Part shown: piece by piece, positions 8,013 through 16,684 of the stretch | How the letters are laid out: every line of letters starts with the position of its first letter | Numbering within the stretch: the first letter of the stretch is position 1 | Assembly: GCA_049700215.1 (NCBI GenBank) | Contig: JBNAVT010000028.1 | Coordinates: 1 to 24,893 of the forward strand | DNA length: 24,893 bases | Direction: 5' to 3' | From: Thermoproteota archaeon | Lineage (GTDB): Archaea > Thermoproteota > EX4484-205 > JAAOZP01 | The notes under the pieces: generated by a model | What the model was told of the DNA's origin: nothing | The model's input: the letters and a program-made list of their open reading frames with translations, nothing else | The model's database searches: none | Program-made: the position numbers and the translations under genes

Positions 8013-11000
8013 AAGTACTGCTTAAGCTTCTTTTGAGTAAGAAACACGTTATCTTCTTTAGTAAGAAACAGTGAAAGTTCCTTCTCTAGCAGCTCGAGAC
8101 TGCTTGAAAAATATGGATCTAAAGAATAAGATGCTAAAACTTTTTTCCCAAGCATCAAGTATTTTTTGACACCGCTTATGTAAACTGTTGGGAGAAGCTC
8201 CCCCCCACAAGAGGTGCATCTAGAAACCAGTGGGAGCCTTCTGAATTTTTTACCGCACTTTTTGCACCGGAATTTCTGAATATGAAATGTCTTAATGTTT
8301 CCAGAAATGTCTTTCAATAAGTGAGAATTTAAAAGGTTTTCTGCAAAATCCTTCTTATCTATCCCAGTCAGGAGAGAAGTAACTTCAAGCTGTAGTTTTA
8401 ATTTTTTCTCCATAGAGCCTAGAGTACTATACACGTTTCTTTTAACGCCTTTCACAATACTACTCGTACCATGAGACCAAGCTATGTTAAGATCATCTTT
8501 ACCAACTAATCGCATTTTGCCTAAAAGCTCCTTCGGCTTCGCACCTTGTTCAGCCAGCAAGTAAACATCTTTACCATATCTCGCCATATTCTCCATATTA
8601 TAGACCTGATCGTCTATTTCATCAGGTCTTAAAACAGGCATTATTATAAGCGGAGTATCCATCAATCCTCCTGCAGCATCGGGAACATAATGTCTTGAGA
8701 AATTTAAGAAGGCGTCTAAAAGAAGAATTATGGAGTCTCCGTCTCCATCGCAGTCCCTTCTTTTAGCCTGATGCCAGAATGGGTGTGCAAAGACTACCTG
8801 CGAGTCGGTGAAACCGATTATTCTACCCACTACAGCCCCAAGTGTATGAGGAGAAATCCCCAGGATGAGATGCCCAACAAGGTCCTCCCTTGTTCTAATA
8901 TTGTAGTATGGCTCTACATGATAGAAAAGCCTGAGCTCCTCGTCGATAAAACTAGCGACTTCAACAAGAGAATCACCCATTTCCTTAGGAAGAACCACGT
9001 CCTGAGGATAAAGGTATAGGAGTTGGCTACTTTCTATAAGGGGATTACCATCTACATCCATATCATAACCCAGTTTCTTCAAAACCTCTACAGAAACCCC
9101 TATTTCCTCAGGCTTGAAAGCGGTTAAAGGAGCATTGGTAGCGTCGAAACGGATCGTTCCATCCTTGTATATAGTCAAGCCATGCTTAGCTCTCAGAATG
9201 CCTTTTTCAACTGGTTCAGGAACCTTATTCTTATTCATTAACCCTTTTACCCCCTTGACTTCTGAGCCTATTGTAGTACCAAGCAGCTTCTCAACATCTT
9301 TTAGAATATTTTGAAGTGGAATATTTGTTGCGTGAAAGGGGCTGCATTTGCTCCTACATCTTTCACATTCTTCAAACTTAGAGTATGAATTGCACTTGGC
9401 GCAATAGTATACAGGCACCGTAGTAGACTTACATTGCGGGCAATGCAAATAGAAAGTAAGTTGGTTGCATTTTTCGCAGTACCTATTGCAAATATTTACG
9501 ACTATGCTTCCACGCGTTGCCGCGGCAACAATGTTCCTTTTCGGACCACCCTCTAGACCCACTGGAAACAGTACGTGAGAAGGAGGGTGCATCTCTCTGA
9601 GTTTCGCCGCCTCGGGCCTTCCGAGCCTAGCGGATATGAAGGCACCTTTCTTAGGCTTGATTTTAAACTGAAGAACAGAATTAAGATAATCGATAGAATT
9701 TTTTTCAGAACCTGCCGGAGGTAATGTGCATCTTGAGAGATACACTAGGAATTCAGCACTGATTTTAGACAACCTTATGTATCCGTTTTCAACCTGAAAA
9801 GGTAGACACATCTTTTCTAACTCATTTAAGAGAACATTATCCTCTACCGGAACCGTAACATGATCCTCCTCAGCCTTAGCCTTCTTGAAACATTCGACCA
9901 CGTGGAGAAGCTCGGAGGCGCTCAGGTTTTCTATGAAAAAGTAGAAAGTAGGGTTAAGCGGGACATCTAGAGCCAAGCTTATCTGCAGAGCCGTCCCAAA
10001 ATCAATATTAATAAACGGATTATTAACTATTTTCCAGAGGAAATCAGCTTCCAAAGGGAGGCTCTTAATTTTACTCCCCTTATCCTTAAGAGCAGCTTCT
10101 AGTTCAGCGGCCCACTGTTCTTCAGTGTACCCTACCTTGTCAAGAGGAGTGTTACCCTCAATGTAATCGCCGACAGATATGAGGATATCGCCAAGAAAAA
10201 GAATTTTGGAAATATCATTTTGAATCGTTTTAAGCTTATCGTAGTCTTCAACAAGATGCACTGAGCCGTCCTTCGTCCTAACTATAGGAGGCATGATCGC
10301 GTCTACAGGCATCACTATGGCTGATTTCCCAGGCCGATCTATTCTGAGCTGAGAGCCTATTGATAGGAAGCCGCGTAGAAGCTCCATCGCCATTGGATGT
10401 ATACCCATGGCCATTAGGCCAGTGTTCCGCGCTCTTCCATACCTTATTCTAAACCCTCCGAAAGACTCGGAAGATGAGAAGAAAGGTCTCCCGATCAAAA
10501 CCTCTTTCAGATATTCTGACTTTGTGCTTTCAACCTCGATTCTAGATATCCAAGACCATCCAGATATGTTGAGCTTGTTAATTATACTTTCAAACTTTTT
10601 AACCCTACCAATTATACCATCGTTTATAATCCGTAAAGCACCTCCCCTAAGCCTGTTCGTCTCTACTCTCGGAAGATCCCTGTATATAACTACCTCGGTT
10701 TCTTCAGATGGCGGGCCAGTGATCTCTACGGGAAGATTCTCTATAACCTCAGCAATTTGATCCTTGGCAACTTTATATTGAAACCTGTTTTTCCCCCTCT
10801 CATACAACCTCAATTCCTCTATGTAACGCGAAACCTCTTCCTTCGTAGGCTTATACCTATCAAGTTTCAATACCCTCCTTATAAAATCCGCGAGAATTAT
10901 AGAGAGAGCTTGCTCAGTACCTCCCGCAGACCTCATCGGCCCGGAGAAATAGACAGCCAAGTATCTAGTATTATCAGGATTCTTCTTTACCAATACTTTC

Positions 11001-11374
11001 TCTATGCCCTCTATGGGTGCTGCTGTAGTTCCAGGAGGCGTCAACGAAGCAAGCGCTGCTTTTAACGCTAGTTCCGCCGCTTTTTCTTCAGAAAAAGACC
11101 CGAATCTTCCCAGTATGATGTCTTCAGCTATTTTAAATGGTATTTCAATGGGAGGAAGAGTTTTTTTAAGCTCTTCAAACCTCTTTTTAAACCCTTTCAA
11201 CCCAAGTATCTGCTCGATGGTTTCAGCCTGCGAGAAAGAGATTATGGACTCTGGTTTCTTCTCCGGATCATACCCATTTTCTTTTGCGTGGACAGCATAC
11301 TTATATGCTTCCCAGAATTTTTCCTGTAAAAACTGGTTATATTCTCCAATACTCATTTCAACAGCTTCAGCCAA
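8009..11374 (-). CDS. polC: DNA polymerase D large subunit DP2, intein-free
   Basis: Motifs AAPIEGI, GPMRSAGGT, RYGRARNTG, RLGRPE, KDGTIRFD, SPHT, catalytic AKRRDCDGDGD and GGLMDTPL; several CxxC modules; C-terminal PIP box QKKLKQYF. Confidence 0.97.
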   Translation of the reverse strand: MAEAVEMSIGEYNQFLQEKFWEAYKYAVHAKENGYDPEKKPESIISFSQAETIEQILGLKGFKKRFEELKKTLPPIEIPFKIAEDIILGRFGSFSEEKAAELALKAALASLTPPGTTAAPIEGIEKVLVKKNPDNTRYLAVYFSGPMRSAGGTEQALSIILADFIRRVLKLDRYKPTKEEVSRYIEELRLYERGKNRFQYKVAKDQIAEVIENLPVEITGPPSEETEVVIYRDLPRVETNRLRGGALRIINDGIIGRVKKFESIINKLNISGWSWISRIEVESTKSEYLKEVLIGRPFFSSSESFGGFRIRYGRARNTGLMAMGIHPMAMELLRGFLSIGSQLRIDRPGKSAIVMPVDAIMPPIVRTKDGSVHLVEDYDKLKTIQNDISKILFLGDILISVGDYIEGNTPLDKVGYTEEQWAAELEAALKDKGSKIKSLPLEADFLWKIVNNPFINIDFGTALQISLALDVPLNPTFYFFIENLSASELLHVVECFKKAKAEEDHVTVPVEDNVLLNELEKMCLPFQVENGYIRLSKISAEFLVYLSRCTLPPAGSEKNSIDYLNSVLQFKIKPKKGAFISARLGRPEAAKLREMHPPSHVLFPVGLEGGPKRNIVAAATRGSIVVNICNRYCEKCNQLTFYLHCPQCKSTTVPVYYCAKCNSYSKFEECERCRSKCSPFHATNIPLQNILKDVEKLLGTTIGSEVKGVKGLMNKNKVPEPVEKGILRAKHGLTIYKDGTIRFDATNAPLTAFKPEEIGVSVEVLKKLGYDMDVDGNPLIESSQLLYLYPQDVVLPKEMGDSLVEVASFIDEELRLFYHVEPYYNIRTREDLVGHLILGISPHTLGAVVGRIIGFTDSQVVFAHPFWHQAKRRDCDGDGDSIILLLDAFLNFSRHYVPDAAGGLMDTPLIIMPVLRPDEIDDQVYNMENMARYGKDVYLLAEQGAKPKELLGKMRLVGKDDLNIAWSHGTSSIVKGVKRNVYSTLGSMEKKLKLQLEVTSLLTGIDKKDFAENLLNSHLLKDISGNIKTFHIQKFRCKKCGKKFRRLPLVSRCTSCGGELLPTVYISGVKKYLMLGKKVLASYSLDPYFSSSLELLEKELSLFLTKEDNVFLTQKKLKQYF

Positions 11375-12146
11375 TGCTTTTAACGCCGCCTTTCTTTAAC
11401 GCGCCTTTCCGCCCGCCTTCTATTATCTCGGAAAGCTTCTCCCGGAGAGTGCAGGCTTCCTCCAAAATGTCGCCTGTAACAATTATGTCGGCACCCGCGG
11501 AAACAACATTCTCAGCGGCTAAGCCGTCCCTTATGCCTCCGCCAACAACAAGCGGAACAGTAATACACCTTTTAACCATAGCTATCAGTTTTTCAGGAAC
11601 ATGAGTTTTAACACCTGAACCTGCTTCAAGATAGACAAACCTGAACCCAAGGGCCTCAGCTGCCATAGCATAACCGGCTGTCAACTCAGGTATATCAAAA
11701 GGAAGGGGCCGAGCATCGCCTATGTATCCAGCCGCCCCGCCGGTTCCAAGTATCAGATAAGCCATCGGAATAATTTCTAATCCTAACTCCCTTATGGCTT
11801 TGATTCCGAGGACCTGTGCCCCGATAATATAGTATGGATTTGACGAGTTCAGCAAAGACATAAACCATATTGCATCAGCGCCTCGGGCTATGCTTGCAAC
11901 ATTACTGGGGAAAATTATCACAGGCAGTTTTGAATTAGATTTAATTTTGACTATAGCTTCCTCATAGTCAGAGGTCCTGTGCGAAGTACTTCCTCCAACC
12001 ATGAATGCAGATGTACCAGAGACTTCGGCAGTCTTTACTACTTCCTCAATCCTGCTCATTTTCTCAGGGTCGATTAAAGTTATATGAATGAACCCACTCT
12101 CCTTAATCCTCTCGTACAAGTATTTTTCAGTTTTACCTATCTGCAA
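11367..12146 (-). CDS. Geranylgeranylglyceryl phosphate synthase (group II)
   Basis: Motifs HITLIDPEK, MVGGST, PVIIFP, SLLNS, YLEAGSG, VGGGIR and GADIIVTG. Confidence 0.95.
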   Translation of the reverse strand: MQIGKTEKYLYERIKESGFIHITLIDPEKMSRIEEVVKTAEVSGTSAFMVGGSTSHRTSDYEEAIVKIKSNSKLPVIIFPSNVASIARGADAIWFMSLLNSSNPYYIIGAQVLGIKAIRELGLEIIPMAYLILGTGGAAGYIGDARPLPFDIPELTAGYAMAAEALGFRFVYLEAGSGVKTHVPEKLIAMVKRCITVPLVVGGGIRDGLAAENVVSAGADIIVTGDILEEACTLREKLSEIIEGGRKGALKKGGVKSIG

Positions 12147-12192
12147 CCTGTTTAAGGCAAGTTATAGGATATATAAATCTAAAAAGGCCCCT

Positions 12193-12432
12193 CTAAGAAA
12201 TCTCGCCGCTGTGATATTTGTCTACAAACTTGTTGAAGTAATCAACGTTCCCCATGTTCTTAACATAATCTAGATTCGTTGCCAAACCACAATTACCACA
12301 GACAACTCTCACGCTTTCCGAGGCCTTGTCTTCAATAACGGAGACAGCCTGTATGCCGCATTTCGGACATGGAAAAATCTTTGGAATAACCTTGCGAATA
12401 ACCTTGGCCTCTCTCCTCCTCCGTCTAGCCAT
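12193..12432 (-). CDS. elf1: Transcription elongation factor Elf1 homologue
   Basis: Basic N-terminus MARRRRR, zinc finger FPCPKCG...CGNCG, and VDYFNKFVD. Start moved from 12459 to the ATG at 12432. Confidence 0.88.
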   Translation of the reverse strand: MARRRRREAKVIRKVIPKIFPCPKCGIQAVSVIEDKASESVRVVCGNCGLATNLDYVKNMGNVDYFNKFVDKYHSGEIS

Positions 12433-12567
12433 ATTTCGGAATAAAGGAGTTTGCCGCATGTATTTTTCCCTTTCCCCGCATAATTGGAAACGAGTAAAAC
12501 GGCTACCCTCACCAATAAGGTATACAAAAAAGTATAACTACAAGCCGCCTTTAACAAAAATAGAAAG

Positions 12568-12957
12568 ATGAGAGAAATGGCGCGGAAAACTGACATTATG
12601 CTAGAAAAACTCGTAAAGGAATCAAACCTCACATCGAAACAGCTTAAAGCCCTTTTACTGTATTCCGACAACATTGAGCAGAGAATTGTTAAGAACGGGT
12701 ATGTGGACTTCGACGGAAAGAAGATCCCAAAGGGAGTGTTCTACAGAATCTTAAGCCAAGCCAAGGAAAATGTTAGAAAATCGGTTGTTACCCTGATAAT
12801 AATGTCATATACAGGCCTAATGGACACTAGTCAATTTAGCGCAATCATGCAAATTACAGACATAATGATGCAAATCAAAGGTCAAGATGAGGATGTGACA
12901 AATGCTCTTCTAGAAAAACTCAAAGCCATCGTTAACATTAGGAAAAGAGCAAAGTAA
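12568..12957 (+). CDS. Hypothetical protein, possibly HTH-like DNA-binding
   Basis: 129-aa ORF with host-like composition. SNLTSKQLKALL...KIPKGVFYRILSQAKENV resembles a sigma70-r4/LuxR-like helix pattern; the function is inferred. Confidence 0.75.
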   Translation: MREMARKTDIMLEKLVKESNLTSKQLKALLLYSDNIEQRIVKNGYVDFDGKKIPKGVFYRILSQAKENVRKSVVTLIIMSYTGLMDTSQFSAIMQITDIMMQIKGQDEDVTNALLEKLKAIVNIRKRAK

Positions 12958-12991
12958 AAATACCTAGGCCGGATTCAAGGTAGGACGAGGA

Positions 12992-13588
12992 ATGGATTTG
13001 CTAAATCTTCTAAAACGACCTGGAGAAGAGATACGTAAGGAGCGAAAAAGGAGGGGTTTAACACAGAGTTTGCTAGCTAAAAAAGCGAAAGTAAGCCAAG
13101 CATTAATAGCGAGAATTGAAAAGCAACAGGTAGATCCGCGTCTTTCAACATTAAGAAAAATAGTTGAAGCATTAATAGAGGAGGAACAGCAGAGGGGGAC
13201 AAGGGCTATAGACATAGCTGTACGTGACGTCATCGTCGTAAATCATGATGATACTATTGAAAAGGCCGTGAAACTAATGCGTAGATATGGCATATCACAG
13301 TTACCTGTACTAAGGAATGGAACCCCTATAGGAGCAGTAGAGGAATTAGAGCTCCTGAAGGCGTTTTCAAAGGAGAAAGATGTAGAGAGTTTTTACAAGA
13401 AAAAAGTCGTAGAAGCGATTTCTTCAGTATACCCCATGGTAGAACCGGATGCGAGCATAGCGGATGTTATAGATTATCTTCTGAAAGGACATAATGCGGT
13501 TTTAGTGACCAGAAATGGGCAATTAGAGGGCATAATAACCAAGATTGACGTCCTGATGAAAAGTAAAAATATAATAGCATCAGTTTAG
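12992..13588 (+). CDS. XRE-type HTH transcriptional regulator with a CBS domain pair
   Basis: RGLTQSLLAKKAKVSQALIARIE...DPRLSTL HTH, followed by CBS repeats (GISQLPV; GIITKID). Confidence 0.93.
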   Translation: MDLLNLLKRPGEEIRKERKRRGLTQSLLAKKAKVSQALIARIEKQQVDPRLSTLRKIVEALIEEEQQRGTRAIDIAVRDVIVVNHDDTIEKAVKLMRRYGISQLPVLRNGTPIGAVEELELLKAFSKEKDVESFYKKKVVEAISSVYPMVEPDASIADVIDYLLKGHNAVLVTRNGQLEGIITKIDVLMKSKNIIASV

Positions 13589-13600
13589 CATCAAAAATAA

Positions 13601-14068
13601 ATGAAAACGCTACTCGGAAGAGGGAAAAAAGAAGAGGAAATTGAGAAAAGGCTTTCAGAATTAAAAGAGAAGAACGAGCTCCTAGAGAGAAGACTTGATG
13701 AAATGATTGAAAAATTAGAAAAAGTAGAAAGAGGAACACGACTCTTAACGGAAGCGGTCTATAAGATAATTACTTATCTGAAAGACTTTGAATGGCCAAA
13801 GGAAGAAGTAAGACAAGTGATGGTAGACAGACCCATAGAAACAATCAGAAAGAAGGAACCTCCAGCAGGAGAATATCTTACTGACACCGAGAAAAAACTT
13901 GTGGATGAGATCAAGAAGAAAGGAATGCTGACAGTAGGCGAATGCTACATGCATATTGGAAGATCAAAGGAGCATGTAAGCAGAATGTTAAAACGACTTG
14001 TTGAGAAAGGAATCTTAATCAGAGAGAGAAAAGGAAAAATTTTCTACTATAGGCTTGCTGGAGAATGA
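13601..14068 (+). CDS. Coiled-coil plus winged-helix DNA-binding protein
   Basis: N-terminal heptad-rich E/K segment; C-terminal LTDTEKKLV...IGRSKEHVSRMLKRLVEKGILIRERKGKIFYY wHTH. Confidence 0.85.
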   Translation: MKTLLGRGKKEEEIEKRLSELKEKNELLERRLDEMIEKLEKVERGTRLLTEAVYKIITYLKDFEWPKEEVRQVMVDRPIETIRKKEPPAGEYLTDTEKKLVDEIKKKGMLTVGECYMHIGRSKEHVSRMLKRLVEKGILIRERKGKIFYYRLAGE

Positions 14069-14075
14069 TTACCCA

Positions 14076-14528
14076 TTATTCATTTTTGAGAAGAATTGTT
14101 GCAGCCTGATAAATGTACTCTCTTCCTCTCTTCCTTCTGACTAGAAGCCCCTTGTCGTGCAGCCTCATGAGATAGGTGGCAACTGTACTTAGTTGAATGG
14201 GTTTGCCGATTCTTTCCTCATACCTATTCTTAATATCTTTAGAACTGAAGTCCATATTTCTAAATTCCCTTATAACTTTCAAAATATTGTTTAATGTTTC
14301 TCCCTGTTTGCGCAAAACTTCAAAGACTTGCTCGTCGTCAAGTTTTTTCATTGTTCTTTCTGAAGGCAGATAAGAAACAGCCTCTTGAGAAAGCATCAAC
14401 GGAAGAAGCTTTGAAAGCACTGTCGCATATTTGTCGAGACCACTGCCCTCCAGCCTAAGAGATATAAGTGTATCTGAACCATCTGAAAAACGGATCTCAA
14501 GTTTTTTCCCGCTATCTCTGTTAATCAC
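14076..14528 (-). CDS. Winged-helix protein adjacent to the origin
   Basis: C-terminal FSSKDI...IQLSTVATYLMRLHDKGLLVRRKRGREYIY wHTH (BlaI/CopY-like pattern); small N-terminal beta-beta-alpha-like segment. Confidence 0.85.
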   Translation of the reverse strand: MINRDSGKKLEIRFSDGSDTLISLRLEGSGLDKYATVLSKLLPLMLSQEAVSYLPSERTMKKLDDEQVFEVLRKQGETLNNILKVIREFRNMDFSSKDIKNRYEERIGKPIQLSTVATYLMRLHDKGLLVRRKRGREYIYQAATILLKNE

Positions 14529-14583
14529 AGCAGTCTAGGGATTTTTGGCATAACTCTGGCAAATAAGTGTTAACAAGCAGTTT

Positions 14584-14596
14584 TTCCAGTGGAAAT
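14584..14596 (+). repeat. mini-ORB without G-string
   Basis: TTCCAGTGGAAAT matches the ORB core TTCCAGTGGAAAC. Confidence 0.8.
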
Positions 14597-14687
14597 CTAG
14601 AAGCCTAAAATGCAGCGCTTTTGACGAAAGCAATAAAATTCACAGATTTTCCTCTACAAAAAGGAGAAAAACGAGAAGATCTTTCCA

Positions 14688-14710
14688 TTCCAGTAGAAGA
14701 TGAGGGGTGT
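14688..14710 (+). repeat. ORB with G-string
   Basis: TTCCAGTAGAAGATGAGGGGTGT. Confidence 0.82.
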
Positions 14711-14847
14711 GGCTAAATCTATGAAAAGGATGGAGAATATATGGAGAAAAAGAGAAAAAGAGAAAAAATAAGGAGGAAGAGGATTTGTTTTTTATGAAAA
14801 GGAGATTTAAAAGACATTTACAGAAAAAAGGAGTGAGACAGGGACAT

Positions 14848-14869
14848 ACACCCCTCTGTTTCCTTTGGA
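14848..14869 (-). repeat. ORB with G-string, inverted
   Basis: Minus strand reads TCCAAAGGAAACAGAGGGGTGT. Confidence 0.88.
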
Positions 14870-14981
14870 GGAACCCCCGGCAGGAAAGGCAGGGAGGAAA
14901 GAAAGTTTATCTTTTACTAAAGGATGATGAATGAAAACCTTTTATCTTTAGACGATTGATACTACATAGTGTGGGAAATAA

Positions 14982-14989
14982 TTTATATA
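14982..14989 (+). promoter_or_regulatory. Putative TATA box for cdc6
   Basis: TTTATATA preceded by purine-rich GGGAAATAA (BRE-like). It could instead be part of the unwinding element. Confidence 0.4.
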
Positions 14990-15020
14990 AATTTTTATTC
15001 TCTTTTTAAAAAGAATAGTG

Positions 15021-15042
15021 TGGAGTGGAAATTATGGGGTGT
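15021..15042 (+). repeat. Degenerate ORB with G-string
   Basis: TGGAGTGGAAATTATGGGGTGT has the same spacing and GGGGTGT tail as the other boxes, with CC replaced by GG in the dyad. Confidence 0.7.
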
Positions 15043-15113
15043 GAGTGACACGTTTGCTCCTTATTATTTTTCTGTATTTTTTTCTCTAAACAATTCTCCA
15101 ATTCATTTTTCTT

Positions 15114-16355
15114 TTGAAAGAAGTCTTCAGCTCTCCAATGGAGGCTGCGAAGGGAAGTACTGAAATACTGAATAAGGTATTCAATAATATGTTTTTAAAG
15201 AGTAACATTTTCCGCAATAGAGATGCCTTAAGGCATGATTATATTCCAGACCATCTGCCTCACCGTGAAAGCGAGATAAGGTATATTGGTGAAGTTGTTG
15301 CTCCTCTCCTCCTCCATAATAAGGCTTCTAACCTGTTTGTTTATGGAAAACCTGGAACAGGGAAAACAGCTGTTGTAAGATTTGTTCTAAACACTCTTTC
15401 TAAAAAAGCCACTGAGCTGAGAGCAAATATAAGATGCGTGATGGTTAATTCAAGGATGGAGGGCTCCGAATACAGGATCCTTGCATCAATATCTCGCCAG
15501 ATAGGGCTTTCTGTGCCTTTCACAGGGTTAGCAACTGCAGAAGTTTTTAGAAGGATAGTAAATTACGTAAAGGGTAATAACCTCTATCTTCTTATCGCTT
15601 TGGACGAGGTTGACGTGATAGTTAAAAAAGAAGGAGAAAACTTGCTTTACGAGCTTTCAAGGATTAATGAAAACTTTTCTTCTCACAGGGTTTCCTTCAT
15701 AGGAATTTCTAACGAAATAACGTTCAAACAGATTCTTGACCCAAGAATATTGAGCGCTTTAAGCGAGGAAGAGCTTGTCTTCAAACCATACACTTCAGAC
15801 GAGCTTTTTGACATCCTTACCGAGAGAGCTAGAGAAGCGTTTTTTGATACTGTTTGCGACCCATTGGTAATCAAATATATTGCTGCGCTCTCTGCTTCTG
15901 AGCACGGAGATGCAAGAAGAGCACTTGACCTACTTAGAGTAGCCGCTGAGACAGCGGAGAGAGATAGTAAATCAGTGATAACAACAGAGTGCGTTCAAGA
16001 AGCCCTAAGGAAAATCGAAAGGGACCAGGTTAACGAAGTTATCAGAACGCTTCCGATTCAGAGTAAAATCCTGCTGGTTTCCGTTTTAAGAAATCTTAGG
16101 AATCAGAGTGCTCAGCACACTAGCGGGGAAATCTACGCCGAGTATAGGAACCTGGTAGCAAACATTGGTTTAGAACCCTTGACTGACAGAAGGCTTTCTT
16201 CCCTGCTTAACGAGCTGGAATCTGCAGGTATAATCTCTTCAAAACTGGTCAACATGGGCAGGTACGGGAGAACTAAAAAATACGGCCTTTCAGTCCCTCA
16301 AAACCATGTTTTTGAAGCCCTTAGGGAAGACACCCTTCTAAACGGTCTTTTATGA
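15114..16355 (+). CDS. cdc6: Orc1/Cdc6 replication initiator
   Basis: LPHRESEI, Walker A GKPGTGKT, Walker B LDEVD, sensor ISN, FKPYT, GDARRALDLLR and winged-helix GRYGRT. The start may be the ATG at 15138. Confidence 0.97.
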   Translation: MKEVFSSPMEAAKGSTEILNKVFNNMFLKSNIFRNRDALRHDYIPDHLPHRESEIRYIGEVVAPLLLHNKASNLFVYGKPGTGKTAVVRFVLNTLSKKATELRANIRCVMVNSRMEGSEYRILASISRQIGLSVPFTGLATAEVFRRIVNYVKGNNLYLLIALDEVDVIVKKEGENLLYELSRINENFSSHRVSFIGISNEITFKQILDPRILSALSEEELVFKPYTSDELFDILTERAREAFFDTVCDPLVIKYIAALSASEHGDARRALDLLRVAAETAERDSKSVITTECVQEALRKIERDQVNEVIRTLPIQSKILLVSVLRNLRNQSAQHTSGEIYAEYRNLVANIGLEPLTDRRLSSLLNELESAGIISSKLVNMGRYGRTKKYGLSVPQNHVFEALREDTLLNGLL

Positions 16356-16429
16356 GCAGTGAAACCATTTGCATGAGTTTTGATTCAAGTCTACAGAAAA
16401 CATAATAAGCAATTGCACGCGCTGAGAAA

Positions 16430-16523
16430 TGGTGGGCCGGCCTGGATTTTCAGTGCTTATAATACTCTTGAACCAGGGCCCCCGCCTCGTAAGAGCGGGA
16501 TCCTACCTCTAGACTACCGGCCC
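16430..16523 (-). tRNA. tRNA-Val(TAC) with a 20-nt intron at 59/60 (16447..16466), CCA encoded
   Basis: Minus strand reads GGGCCGG TA GTCT AGAGGTA GGAT C CCGCT CTTACGA GGCGG GGGC CCTGG TTCAAG[intron]T CCAGG CCGGCCC A CCA, with a bulge-helix-bulge at the intron. Confidence 0.93.
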
Positions 16524-16684
16524 ATCCTGAGATAGCTTTCGAAGCTTTATATTCTTTTCTCCCGGCTTTTTATTGCTCGCATTACTGAGAGAAGGGTTGG
16601 CCGGATTTGGTTGTATAAAGTATTCTCATCTGCGCAAGCCCTTCTGTGACTGGCCTTTAAGATGTACCCACCATCTTATTTCTG

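Larger units (their letters stand above)
14529..15113. other. Probable chromosomal replication origin (oriC)
   Basis: 585-bp non-coding AT-rich gap directly upstream of cdc6/orc1, containing four ORB-like boxes. Confidence 0.9.

Noticed and set aside
14529-15113. CRISPR array or MITE explanation for the repeats
   Set aside because: No regular repeat-spacer period or terminal inverted repeats; the repeats fit ORBs.
14969-15163. 64-aa ORF in the origin region
   Set aside because: It is a low-complexity AT-rich translation overlapping an ORB and the cdc6 start.
16430-16523. Calling this tRNA Ala because of its Ala-like 5' sequence
   Set aside because: It has G3:C70 rather than the G3:U70 Ala determinant, and the anticodon is TAC.
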